Shown here in pieces: positions 63,875 through 64,000 of a stretch of DNA of 64,000 bases; the first letter of the stretch is position 1; each line of letters opens with the position of its first letter. Below the pieces are notes generated by a model that searched no databases, was not told the DNA's origin, and saw only the letters and a program-made list of their open reading frames with translations. This DNA is from Candidatus Pacearchaeota archaeon (GTDB lineage Archaea > Nanobdellota > Nanobdellia > Pacearchaeales > GW2011-AR1): assembly GCA_050124795.1 (NCBI GenBank), contig JASFEO010000004.1:1968-65967 (forward strand). Reading direction: 5' to 3'. Position numbers and translations under genes: made by a program.

Positions 63875-64000
63875 TCATCCTTCCTCCTTTCAATTTTATC
63901 CTCATTCTTATTCACTAAAATAAAAATTCCAATTATAAATAAAGGTATTCCGTAAATTAAAGTCACAAAAGAACCCTCTGCTGAAAAAAATAAAGGCAAA
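63875..64000 (-). CDS. membrane protein, C-terminal fragment; the 5' end runs off the window
   Basis: Open frame from the window edge: ..LPLFFSAEGSFVTLIYGIPLFIIGIFILVNKNEDKIERRKDE. Its stop directly abuts the ybjQ-like ATG (TGA complement 63875-63877, ATG complement 63872-63874). Confidence 0.4.

Overview
This is an AT-rich, gene-dense 64-kb chromosomal segment. I read it as a DPANN-type archaeon (Woese-/Pacearchaeota-like); that assignment is inference. The archaeal hallmarks are TFE, ribosomal proteins eL42 and eS1, RtcB plus archease, a class-I CCA-adding enzyme, GatD/GatE, an aCPSF1-like RNase, archaeal prepilins, and a tRNA with a non-canonical intron.

Contents:
- Translation and RNA housekeeping: AspRS, ProRS, a short bacterial-type AlaRS, GatA, a GatC-like protein, GatD, GatE, a YbaK-like deacylase, IMPDH, and three tRNAs.
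- A roughly 25-kb block (about 4.9-29.3 kb) in which all but one gene lies on the minus strand. It holds a type-IV-pilus-like locus (secretion ATPase, two platform proteins, six prepilin-like genes) next to two large Cys-rich surface proteins and RtcB/archease.
- Accessory items: a HepT/MntA toxin-antitoxin pair, a free-standing LAGLIDADG endonuclease, a DisA-type diadenylate cyclase near a DHH/DHHA1 phosphoesterase, a gatC-like/unknown/NYN/gatA operon, and degenerate copies of tRNA ends at two of the three tRNA loci.

Five genes are interrupted by single-base frameshifts, most of them at A/T homopolymers. These could be homopolymer sequencing errors, slippage or real decay; I cannot decide which from the sequence alone.

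I saw no rRNA, CRISPR array, transposase or integrase. No single obvious novel system stands out. The best candidates are the pilus/adhesin supercluster coupled to RtcB-archease, the tRNA-Thr/LAGLIDADG/structured-RNA locus, the gatC-X-NYN-gatA operon and the DisA-X-DHH trio. All functional calls come from motif recognition by eye; no database search was run.
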